A stretch of 64,000 nt of DNA from Dipteris shenzhenensis (Eukaryota): assembly GCA_047967505.1 (NCBI GenBank), contig CM106538.1; one strand, given 5' to 3'. Positions 37,081 through 48,330 of the stretch are shown here, one piece after another (within the stretch, counting starts at the first letter, position 1; every line of letters begins with the position of its first letter). A program made the position numbers and the translations under genes. The notes under the pieces were generated by a model. That model had not been told where the DNA came from. It made no database searches and saw nothing but the letters and a program-made list of their open reading frames with translations.

Positions 37081-38320
37081 GATAGTGCAATTATTTACCT
37101 ATCTAGAGGCAGTCTTCACAGGGCCATTTTTCACGATGACTCATGCAGCCAAAGTATGAATCACACGAGGGCAGGGAACATTGGCTCGGTTAGAAAGAAA
37201 TAAAGAAAGAAAAGTGTATTAACGTCTGCAGGAGGCCTGGTGGCCTATGGGACAAAGCACAAAAGGCTGAAGCATAGAGTGTGCTAGGGCCCTTACCGAG
37301 TGCTATGCTAAAACTAAGCTATATAGCTCAAAATGTCAAAACTGAAACTAGAAACTGGAGCTGAGAAAGTTGGGGCTCAGTATCCAAAACCCAGCACTAT
37401 GGTGGCTCTGCTGTGGTCTGTAAAGATATCTCAGATCTGCTTTTGTCGGGTTATCTCTCGTTGTGTGTTGGGGGGGGGGGAGAGGGAGGGCGTGTGGTCT
37501 CCTCGAGCTCTGTATCCGACAAGCTGGGGCTAAGTATCCGAAACCTGACATTGTGGTGGCTCTCCAGTGGGCTGCAAAGATATCCTGCATCTGCATCTGT
37601 CGGGCTGTATGTATGCGGCACCCTTTTGGGGGAGTGACCTATCATCGATCAAGTGGTGGAGATTCGAGAGGCCACAGGTGATTGCGAGATCTAGGATGAT
37701 TTGGAGTAAGCCCTCGGCTCCACATTAGATCATATAGGCAGAGTTTGCTATGATACTAGACATTGCATATCTCCACAAGGTGTGAGCCTTGCCTAGCTTG
37801 AGACTGGTGATGGTGGCACTTGAGTCATCTAGACAACTAGCTGAGAGCGGTGTTCGCATGCCCATTGTCTTGATATGCATGCATATCCAGATGGTTTGAT
37901 AGTTGGGGTATTCAGATGGACCGCCTAGCCCCCTTCCAGACAACTCTGATGCCCCATCCCTCCAAATCTCACGAGATGAGATCAATCGTATCATATGGTT
38001 AGACCTACTCTAGCTCTACACAATGCGGACTTGGGGAGGGGACCAGGAGTTTCTCGCGAAAATCTAATTTTACTGCAACCATTTTTTGAGAGCATAGAGG
38101 ATGGGGTGACTATCAGACCCCAATATGTGGAGGACATACGAGTCTCACACGCACCGAGGATTGCCATCGGATAGATGCGGGGTTGTCCCATGTATACATG
38201 ATCTTACTGTCCCTTCCCCCCTACTTGGATGTGACCAATCCTATTTGGCATTCAACATCTCGATTACCGTGCCAGCCATAGAACGAAAACCGGTTCCCAC
38301 CCATGTTTGGATACACTTTG
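37080..38320. mobile_element. Mixed RTEX-like fragments (+ 37080-37195; - 3' end 37195-37660; + 37660-38320)
   Basis: VEIVQLFTYLE; reverse-strand tail GTCCCATAGGCCACCAGGCCTCCTGCAGACGTTAATAC; IWSKPSAPH. 38190-38320 continues at 45863. Confidence 0.7.
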
Positions 38321-38460
38321 TGCAATGAAGGGGATAGGGCTGAATTGGTGAAAGGCCAGAGATGGCAGGAGAGGGTGAAGAGGAGAGGGAGAAGTAGAAA
38401 GAAGGGGTAGAGGGAGAGGAAGAGAGAGAGGTAGATTGAGGGGAAGAGAGAGATAGAGAA

Positions 38461-39788
38461 AGAAAGAAAGAAAGAAAGAAAGATATATTAACGTCCTTGG
38501 AAGACCTCACGGGTACATCTAGATACCCAGAGAGTTGAGGGAGCGCTCAAGGCAGCTCAGCCCCAATTATTTAGATGCATGACTAAATACTAATTGTATC
38601 TTAGAAAAATGCTTGAATAACATCAGTTTCAGATTGAGAGTCTTTGGGTTTAGATTTGAAATCTCGAATCGAAGCCTGTCCATTCCGGTAGACTGCCCAT
38701 TTACCTTCCTTGTGTGCTTCCTTCACTTTTGTGAGTTCGACGTGTCTTTGTTTGAGCTGGCTTGGAGTGAGCTCCTCAGATATCCAAATTCTTGTGCCCT
38801 TTAGCTTGCGTGTTTGTCTAAGAATCTTGATTCTTGCTACCCTCTCATTGAAGTGTACATGTGCTTGTGTTCCTTTTTGAGTAACATCGCTTATGTTGTC
38901 TTCATCTCAATCGATTTGTGATATTTCTTTCTTGAGGCATAATATCCTGTCTTCTATAAGACCCTCCTCACCACCTCCAATGCATCCATCTTACAACCCC
39001 CCGATGCGCAATATCATTTTATTTTGTACTCTGGTTTGCTGCTCTTTAACCTCCATGTATAAATCAGCTTTGTTGACTTTGTTATTGACATTTGTAGTCA
39101 TCTCCTGCTTGATAGAACTTTAGTTGTGATCAATTTCTTCACTGTGGATACCAGCAGAGGTTTTGGTGGAGATGAAGTCCATTTGTGCAACACTTCTTGA
39201 ATAAACACTTGCTTGCCTGTCCCTTCCATATCATTCCATATCATTGTTTTTCCTTTCTAGAGCTACAATTCTAAGCTTGAGCTCACGTATTTCCTGTTGT
39301 AAATAGTAGATGTGCTCTTGCGGGTTTGTCATGCTTACAAGCTTTCTGTGCTGCAAATATGTCTTTCCATATGGAGAGGGCGTCTTTGAGAAGATGTACG
39401 GGAGGGGAGATGAAGCTGCAATATCAGAATAGGAGGGCTTACTTGGGGTCGAAGCGAAGGTCTTCATCTTGGGGAACTCCATGTTGCTGGCCTGTGTAAG
39501 GTGAGAAGCCCCTTTGCTGATATTAACCCCCAGGCTGGGCCAGGGGTTCATCCCAGCGTGGAGTTGTCCTTCCCCCTAGGGACTCTGTAACCCCGGCAGC
39601 TAGGGTTACAATGGCAGGGTTGGCTAGGGATGGTGGCAGTGGCTGGTTAGGGTTGGCAAGGGATGGCGTTGGCAACGACGGAAGGCTACGACGGCATGTG
39701 CAGACCAAAGGCTACGATGTGATGTGCAGACAGGCTAGGACGAGAGGCGTGCAGACAGTCTATGACAGGAGAGAGCTATGATGGGACT
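38461..39788 (-). mobile_element. ORF1-only non-autonomous retroposon ('half-LINE') with an RTEX-type 3' tail
   Basis: Decayed ORF from 39551 to 38601: LQQEIRELKLRIVALE (coiled coil), MILRIGGL, VHFNERVARIKILRQTRKLKGTRIWISEELTPSQ..KEGKWAVYRNG..FF*. About 110 bp later comes CCCGTGAGGTCTTCCAAGGACGTTAATATATC(TTTC)n. No EN or RT is present. Confidence 0.7.
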
Positions 39789-41112
39789 AAACATCAAAGA
39801 CTAGGGTATGCTCATGTGCATCCCACAGGGCAATAACTTGTAAAGGAATGCTCGTCCTTGAGAATGCTCCCCACCAAGTAGACTCTGTGATCGGCATGTC
39901 ATCTGTGTCTATCGACTCTGCTAGAATGGCTGCCTCTATTTGTTGTATCTTGACTGCACTCCCTCTGAGGTGGCCAACTACTAAGAGTCTCTGATCCTCT
40001 GGAAGTCTCCTAAAGGCATGCTAGGCGCCTACTGTAGAAGCAGGTCCCCTCTCCCATCTAGACCACTGTATATAGTGCGACACTCCAAGTGGCCTGTCAT
40101 GGTCATCCAATATGGAGTCATTCCACATGACTGGTTTCCTGTGAATTTCTTCACGAGAGCTGGGTGGAACTCTGCGAAGAGTGTTTCTGAAGATGCACCA
40201 AGCTTTCAGAATAGCAGCCATGAGAGGGGAAGGGGGAGATTTGAGATGGGCTGAAGTAAAGATCCATCTGATGCTGTCCATCCAATCTCCCCCATGAGAT
40301 GGAGTACAGGCCTGCAAAGAGTGATGTCGAACTCTCTTGCTTTGCGTCTTTTTCAAGCTCATGTAACTCGTCTTTTAAGAAAATCACTGTTTTCGCGGCC
40401 GGTGGGAGTGGATGGAGATTGGTTGAAGGCAGAACCATCGCCAATCAAGGTGAGTGAGGCTGACTCGAACAAGAAGAAGTTCCTTCCGCACTAAGTTGCC
40501 CGGGAAGGAAGGAGGAGGGTGGGCTGAGGAGGAGGGGGGCTGAGGAGGAGAGGGAGGAGGGGGCCGAGGAGAGGAAGAGGAGGAAGAGAGGGAGGATGCT
40601 GAGAGGGAGGGCTGGCGGGAAGGAGGAGGCAGCCGAGAGGAGGCGGCGGGCGAGGGCTGCCGGGAGGAAGGAGGCAGCTGGGAGGAGGAGGCGGGGAGGG
40701 AGGAGGTGGGGAGGGGCTGCCGGGAGGAGAGACATCCGGGAGGAGGAGGCAGAGAGGAAGGAGGCGGAAGGGGGAGAGGAGGCGGGGAGGGAGGAGGTGG
40801 GGAGGGGCTGCCGGGAGGAGAGACATCCGGGAGGAGGAGGCAGAGAGGAAGGAGGCGGAAGGGGGAGAGGAGGCGGGGAGGGAGGAGGCGGAGAGGAGGG
40901 AGGAGGCGGAGAGGGGGGAGGCGGAGAGGAGGGAAACGGGAGGGAGGCGGGGGGAGGGGAGAGGAGGTGCGGAGGGAGAGGCCGGGAGAGGGAGGTGGGG
41001 AAGGGAGGCGGGGGAAGGGAGGGCTGAGAGAGGGAGGGGCTGAGGGGGAGGGGCTGACAGAGGGAGGGGTGGGACTGAGGGGAGAGGGCAGCTAGAGGGG
41101 AAGGAGCAGTAG
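39789..41112 (-). mobile_element. Internally deleted L1: CT-rich leader, ORF1 start and ORF2 C-terminal piece
   Basis: 40370-40490 parallels 53780-53890. 39789-40310 parallels 49500-49930 (WIFTSAHL..MAAILKAW..WERGPAS). Confidence 0.8.
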
Positions 41113-43344
41113 TGGTTTGCAACGGTCTTTTTGAGGGAGTGGTTCTTCCAAGTTTCACCCTGATTTGATGGTAACCAGACCTCATATCTATCTTCGTGAA
41201 AAACTGAGCACCCTTGAGTTCATCCAACAGGTCATCTAACGAGGGGATTGGAAACCTGTTCTTGTTAGTAGCCTGATGTTGATCCCTATAATCAATGCAC
41301 ATGCGGTACGATCCATCCTCCTTCACCAGAAGCACAGGGGAGGCAAAAGGAGAAGTGCTATGAGAGATGAAGTTCTTCTCAAGCAATTCCCGCACCTGTG
41401 CTGCCACTTCATCCTACTCAACCTTTGAGAGACAGTATGGGGCTTTGTTTATGGGCTCACTGCCAGGCTCTAGGACAATGGCATGATCCACAGCCCTCTT
41501 GGGAGGCCATTGGGATGGCATATCAGGAAATACATCAGCAAACTCCGATAGCAACTGCTGCATATCACAATCCTCAACATGGGGAATGCTAACCCCCCTG
41601 AGATACTGACACATTCAATGCGTAGAGGGCATGCTCCTTCCTGATCTCTCTGGCCAACTGCCTTGCTGAAATGACCTGCAATTTAGGAGTGGCAATGTTA
41701 TGCTTTGCTACAGTTCTACCCTTGGGCACAAAGCTGAGTGATAGGGCATTTAAATCCATGCTGATTTTACCCAAATATTTTAGCCAATCGCAGCCCAGGA
41801 CAGCATCTATTGGGCCCATATCCAGTGCCAAGAGATCCCCAGCAAATTCATAATCCTCAGAGAGCTTGATCCTTGCATCTTGGCAACAAAATTTACTGAC
41901 CAAATGCTATCCATTTGCCACGTCTACTCTCAGCCCATAATAAATCTCGGTAGCAATCAGTCCCACCTTTTGTAAGGTCTTAGAATTGATGAAACTATTA
42001 GTGCTACTGTCGTCCACATAAATTGTTTTCTGCGCATCCCAATGGATCTCCTCCTCGTCCACAAGAGCATTTCCATTTGCATCCTCTCACGCAAGGAAAG
42101 GCATAGCAACCTGATGCTCCACATGAAAGACTTTAGGTCAACAGCCTCGCATGTTACATGTGGGCTGAGTGCCATCGGATTGTATACCATGCATATTATG
42201 TTCATTAGCACCATCGGGATCAAAGGGAAAATCAGCCCCCTTTGTGGCTCTAACATCTAGAGCTTCTTCCACGACCTGTGCACCCTCTGAATCATCATGA
42301 GTGGCATCCAAAGTCTCAGAAGTATCCCATTAAATCCTCATCATATGATATCTCAATAATCATGCTGAGTTTTGCAGCACCACTATTACACGTTTTGCAA
42401 ACTTCCCAATGCTCAAGAGTCCACTTCTCACCACCCTTAAAGCATAAGTTTACCCGCTTTCTGCTGTCCATAATAGCCCTAGTGTGTTGTTTAAATTCTG
42501 TTTTTTCATTTCCAACACTTGGCTTAGCTTCTGGCTTAGGATCAATTGACCTGTATGGCTTAGCATATGGCATCTTGTTGTCTGGAATAGTGGGAAACCT
42601 CGGAAATGGTGCTGCTGCTGATTTTCTTCCATGCCAATCAGTCACCTTAGGCTTCTTCTCAGCCTCATTTGCATTCCCATATGCGCTGCCCGTTGTCATC
42701 TTATACTTACTGGCATATTTGGGCTCAAATACCTCTTTCAATTGGGCTGCACGCTCAATTGTTTGAGGGTTATGTGCCTTCACATCTGTAGCAAGAGAAG
42801 GACTCAATCCCTGGATGAAACGCAGCAACTTCCCTCTCTCAGATACGTCCTGTACAAACAAGGAAAGTCTCAAGAAATGCTGCAAGTACTCTTGGACAGT
42901 ACCAGCTTGAGAAAATGCATAGAATTCAGCCAGATATTGCTCAAGTGTGAGCGGGGATACAAATGTGGTGATCATCAACTCCTTGAACTCTTTCCATGTG
43001 GCTGTCCTCTGAGGCAAGTCCCTCATATAATGCCACCAAGTATGTACATAGTCCTGCATGTGCATACCCGAAAAGATTATGTGACCCTCATCTTGCTTTG
43101 GGTAGAAGCGGAAATAATCTTCCAACTTCGTAAGCCACTCCTCCAGCTCATTGGGTGTGCGAGTGTCCCGTTTGAACTTATGCATTGTGAGTTTGTCCTT
43201 GATATTCTTGGTTGCATAATTCTTGTGTGTGTAACCTCCGAAAGTGCGGGCATCATCACGCTTGAGGTTCACATAATCGGAGAAAGGACATCTCAAGTTT
43301 GATGGCCTTAGGTAGGGCCTTATATGAACGCAAAGAATCTGCCA

Positions 43345-43973
43345 CATGTTTGTTAAGACACTCGTGTCTTACGATAAGACACTTAAGATACTTAAGACAC
43401 GTGTCTTACCTTAAGACACCTTTAGACACTCTTGTTTTTTTAAGTGGGTTGGATGTAACAACAAACATTGAGTTTGACTTAACCATGCTATCATTGATGG
43501 TGACTTCGGATCCAGCAGTGGCAGTGACCTCGCAGATTCGGATTAGGATGAATCTTGAGAGTCAAAAGTTTCCTTTCAATTATATGTATCGAGATGCATA
43601 TTGCATTCATGTCACATGTGATTGACATAGTGTTGCCATGATATTTATGTGTATTGATTAATGATGTTGTTTAATCTTTAAAATTGTGAGTCATGACTTG
43701 CAAGCTCTTGAGTCGTGACTCTTAACTTGCAAGCTCTTGAGTAGTGAGTCTTGCATTGATACTTCTTGCATTGTTTAAGTGTAGCTTATTGTACTTCTAG
43801 ATTCAAGCAGCTAGCTATGCTAGCAAGTTGTACACTTGTATATTTGTACATATATTAATTAAATATTTATTATTACAATGACGTGTCTTACGTGTCTTAT
43901 CTTTAAGACACTTTAGACACTTGTGTCTGAAGCGCGTCTAACGTGTCGTGTCTTAATGTGTCTTACAACCATG
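43345..43973. mobile_element. hAT-superfamily MITE (629 bp) interrupting Gypsy gag
   Basis: Perfect 8-bp TSD ATCTGCCA (43337-43344 and 43974-43981). TIRs CATGTTTGTTAAGACAC and GTGTCTTACAACCATG. Many subterminal AAGACAC/GTGTCTT repeats and an AT-rich non-coding core. Confidence 0.93.
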
Positions 43974-45862
43974 ATCTGCCAGCATGTCATCAAAAATGGA
44001 TTGCTGCCCACTACTAACCCCCTGCTGCGTAGTAGTTGCTGCCATCTAATGCACTGACTACGTCTGGGTATATGTGCTCGCTGGCGGAGCGATAGGTGGA
44101 TGAACCCCCTGGCTGGATCTCTCTGCCAAATGCATCTCTCTGAAATGATGGGACACCAAAGGGCCGAGAAGAGGACTGGCCTCTCTCCCAAGGGTGTGGC
44201 TTGCTTTTTAAACCCAAGCCAGCTCCAGGCATACTTGATGGTGCGATGAAAGGAGCACTAATCGGATGCACACCAACAGGTTGGCCCAAAAGAGACGGCT
44301 CAGCCTCCATAGATGCAGAAAGCTATGAGCCAAAAGATGGCCTGACATCTTGCAAGAAGGTGCTTTGTGGCACAAAAAATGCATCATCTAGGTCCAGATA
44401 ATCCCCATGCTTGGGTACATGCAATGGTCTAGAAGACTGATGCTCATAGGCACGGCGGGCATCTGCCATAAAACCCCTACGTGGAGCAAACAACACATCT
44501 TGACTGTCTGAGTGGTCCCCTTGCTGGGGTGCGGGCTGCTTACCCTTATCCTGCATAGCAATGGCAGATGTGATCTGTTGACCAATCTGTTGTTCCAACT
44601 GGGCAAGAGCAGTATCCTACATAGCCATGGCTGTGATAAGCTGCTGGCTGAGCTCGTCCTATCTGGCAAAAAGCACCTTGGAGCATAGAGGAGAGAGCAT
44701 CCAAAAATTATGTTTGCGCTGCTTGCACTTCCCAGGATGCAGGAGAGAGAGGCTGAGTGGAAGGACCCTCTGTACCACTAGTGGATGCAACCACTGTGGC
44801 AGGCACTGCTCATAATGCCTCATCACTATCATGCAATATATCACGAGGGGCAATGCTTCGGTGGCATGGTGACTGGCCCTAGAGAGAGGAGCTCGAATGT
44901 AGGTAAGGAGAAATGAATAACAATTCCCTGCTGTAATGAGCACCTTAGATAGTGTGTGGAACCAAGAAAAGGTCATTGAAGAAGCTTCGAAACGGGGCTC
45001 GAATGAGCCTATGAAAAACGCCTAAAAGAGGCTTGAAAATTTTGAGTTTTTGCCTCTCTTTTTTTTTTTTGGGGGGGGGGGGCTAAGTCACCTAGGACAC
45101 TTAGGACTCCGAACCTAATATTGGTAAGACAGTTAGGACACTGACTTAGTCTAATCCAACCTAACCTACTAACTAAACCCTAGCTAGGTTAACCTAACTG
45201 ACCAACTAACCTAACCTAGCTAACCAGACCTAACCCAACCAACCTAACCTAACCATGGCTAACTTAATCTAGGAAAACATGAAGGCTAAGGTTTTTGGCA
45301 AGGCTAGAGGGGCGGCGGCGGCAGCGTGACGAGGGCGACGGGGCGGCGTTAGGGTTCGACATACGGCAACGTGGGCATGGCATGGCGACGACAAGACTGC
45401 GGCTCACTAAACAGGGGCTAACGGAATGGGAGCCATGAAGGCTCAAGGGCTGGGTCATAACGTTGGCGTTAGTGTAGCAGCTGCTGGGAATCTAAGTGAA
45501 GAGTGAAGTGGAGAAGCAAAGGTGCCAGGATCAGAGCTCTGATACCAAAGCAATGAAGCGGATAGGGCTGAATTGGTGAAGGCTAGAGATGGCAAGAGAG
45601 GGTGAAGAGGAGAGGGGAGAAGTAGAGGAAGGGGTAGAGGGAGAGGAAGAGAGAGGAAGAGAGAGAGGTAGAGTGAGGGGAAGAGAGAGATAGAGAGAGA
45701 TTGGGAGAGAGAGTAGGAAGCACGTAGGAGGAAGGAGGAGGGAGTAGATAGGATTATCAAAAGGTACATAGTAGGGGGTGGATGGGGACTTATATAGTCC
45801 CTCCACAATTGCCACCTAAAGGGCCTCTAACTTGGCCCTTTTCCCCCCTTCATTACACTTTG

Positions 45863-48330
45863 ACGATACTCTTGATGTTGTTTACATGAGCCACATGTAG
45901 CTCGCTTGGAGATGATGCAGATCTTACCCATGCCTCGGACTCTCTAGTGTCGGTGGTTCAGGATGCCGCCATCGGATCTTTCCCCACGACTCAACCCACA
46001 GCAGTCCCCTAGCTACGAAGATGCCCTAGAACCCATGGTTTGATGATGAGTGCCAAGAGATGAGAGTTTACCTCATCTGAGAGCAAGCCTTGCGACAGCT
46101 TATGACACTTGAGGCACATCGAATGTCATGTGGCCTGATAGTTGGAAGAGAGAGGCTTTCCTTTCACATAGGATGGATGAGGTGATCTGATGATTTTGTG
46201 GAGGGGATCTAACTTTGCATGAGGGATTGTCTCTGAGAGGAAGCTACCCATTTTTATCATAGATCCGGATGTCTAGCACACGTATGCGACGTTGCTTTAC
46301 GACGTTTGATCTAGGCACCATCCGATATTGTCTTCTTTGCCCATGCCCACCACATCCATCTTATTAGCCACATAGAATGTCTGAGCTGCTCTGCGATGGC
46401 CCCACAACCAGAAAGCTCAGTACCATGAGGGGTTGTGGACCAAGTACTTTGCACATGGGCAGAGGCTTTGGCTCCAAGCTTAGCACCGTATGAGAGCACG
46501 TATGGATTGAAGCAAGGATGCTCTCTCTCATCGATGCTTTTTGGGCTCTATTTTGATGAAATCGTGACTTTCATTGACCGCCTAGGAGGGGAGGGATCCT
46601 TGCTTGCTGATCTAATGATATAGATACTATTGTACACAGATGACATAGTCCTCATCTCCTCTTTGCAGCAGACCTGCAAAGACACTTAGAGGCCCTAGAG
46701 GTGATATGCAGGGAGAGAGACCTGACAGTCAACCTTGGCAAGGCCAAGGTTATGATCTTCAATGCCTCGCGGGCAATACTTCATCAATCCCGTTTCACTT
46801 ACCAAGGGAGGCAGTGGAGTCATACACCTATCTAGGGGCAATCCTCACGAGATTAGTGTTCACGATGACTCATGCAGCATGACACACACAAGAGTAGGGA
46901 GCTCTAGCTTGACTAGAATGACAGTGCTTTCAGACACACTTCCAAGGACCCTTGCTATTTGATACACTTTTACGGCCGACAACCATGTATGCAGCACCCT
47001 TCTGGAGGGAGCAGCTTATCGGTGATTGATTGGTGTAGATTTGAAAGGATACACATGACTGTGGGGCCTAGGATGATTGGGAGTAAGCCCTCGATCCCTC
47101 ATCAAATCATACATGCATAGTTCACGATGACATCACTTCAGATTGATGCCATCTTCCAAAGGGTGACATATCTCCATAGGGGGTGTACTGAGATTGGCAT
47201 TAAAGTCATCCAGATGACTAGCTGAGGGGTTAGCATAGTTTGGTATGCACACATATCCAGATGGTTTATATTCAGGCTTTTCAGATGGATGGCCTTCCCC
47301 CTTCCATGCCTTGTCCCTCCAAATCCGGCGAGATGAGATTAGCTGTATCATACAATTTGATCTACTCTAGCTCAATACATCACGGACGTTGGGGGGAGGG
47401 AGTGGGGGGCAGGAGCTCCCAAGATCCAGTTCTACCACGACCATTTCTTGAGAGTATCAGAGGATGGATTGATTACCATACCTCAGTTTCTGGAGGACAG
47501 ATGGGTCTTGCACGCATTGAGGATTGCCATCGGATAGATACGGATCTTGTCTCATCAGGCATACCTAGAGCGCAACGGGTTTACGGATTATGCGCACTAG
47601 CAAAAGTGGGGACAAAGGAGCACTTCCTATGTACTTGCTGTGCCTACTATGAGATCTAGGGACGGTATCATTGTTTTCAAGAAAGGAACGGTTTTGGGTC
47701 ACTCTCTCAGTTACTCCACTTCCATGACCAAGTTTGCATCAGCCTTTGTTTGATGGAGATGCGGTGACACAGAGAGGCCTGGAGGGGACACTATGCTACA
47801 CTAGACAAGAGAGCGACATGTCACATACTTCTATGCATTCGAGTTAGAGCCATGACATAGAGGAGTAGAAGGGTAGATAGCCGACATGAGGGCAGTATGG
47901 ATCAGTGGGAAGAGACGACGCGAAGCAGTAGAGCTAGAGACAGAGACCACACTCGATGCAAAGGTTTACCAAGGCACGCTTGATGGATGTCAATCCCCAT
48001 TGAGCTCTACTTAGAGGAGACCTGCCTGAGACGAGGTATTGCTCTTGATATTGCCTCTAGATACTGAGATCACGACAGAGCCCCCCCCCCCCCCCCCCGG
48101 GACGGTCTTGAGCCATAGCGAAAGGCAACTCTACAAACTTAGATAGGAGACATCTTCACGTTTCACCGAAGAGACACCTTGGTACCTAGAGATGTATTCC
48201 TAGCGCTAGTTTTGAGTACTTGAGTTTTTGAGTTTTTGAGTTTTTGAGATTATTAGCATAGCACTCGGCAAGGGCCTTAGCGCGCCCTTTGTCTCAGCCC
48301 AGAGTGGCTTGTATGAGTTACTTTGTATTC
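45863..48330 (+). mobile_element. RTEX-like LINE (subfamily B), heavily decayed
   Basis: YGLKQGCSLSSMLFGLYFD, LLYTDD, VNLGKAKVMIFN, LCALAKVGTKEHFLCTCCAYYEI. The 3'UTR motif GCAAGGGCCTTAGCGCGCCCTTTG is cut by the L1 poly(A). Confidence 0.85.

Larger units (their letters stand above)
38321..45857 (-). mobile_element. Ty3/Gypsy LTR retrotransposon inserted in an RTEX LINE; 3' pol lost and replaced by nested inserts
   Basis: TSD CTTTG at 38316-38320 and 45858-45862. 5' LTR 45549-45857 (TGTAATGAAG..CTTCATTGC), with a 3' LTR remnant at 38321-38460. Minus-strand PBS TGGTATCAGAGC at 45536-45547. gag at 42316-44700, protease at about 41600-42050, RT start [30 protein letters not shown]. Confidence 0.93.

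Noticed and set aside
35960-37090. 376-aa Pro/Ser-rich ORF, and similar ORFs at 40491-41095, 53992-54372 and 62941-63717, as extensin-like genes
   Set aside because: They are open frames through CT/GA low-complexity tracts that lack stops in several frames at once. Only the part below about 36480 may be LINE ORF1 N-terminus.
40445-41407. 320-aa RT plus proline-rich fusion protein
   Set aside because: Chance read-through from a truncated Gypsy RT into the CT-rich leader of an inserted L1 fragment.
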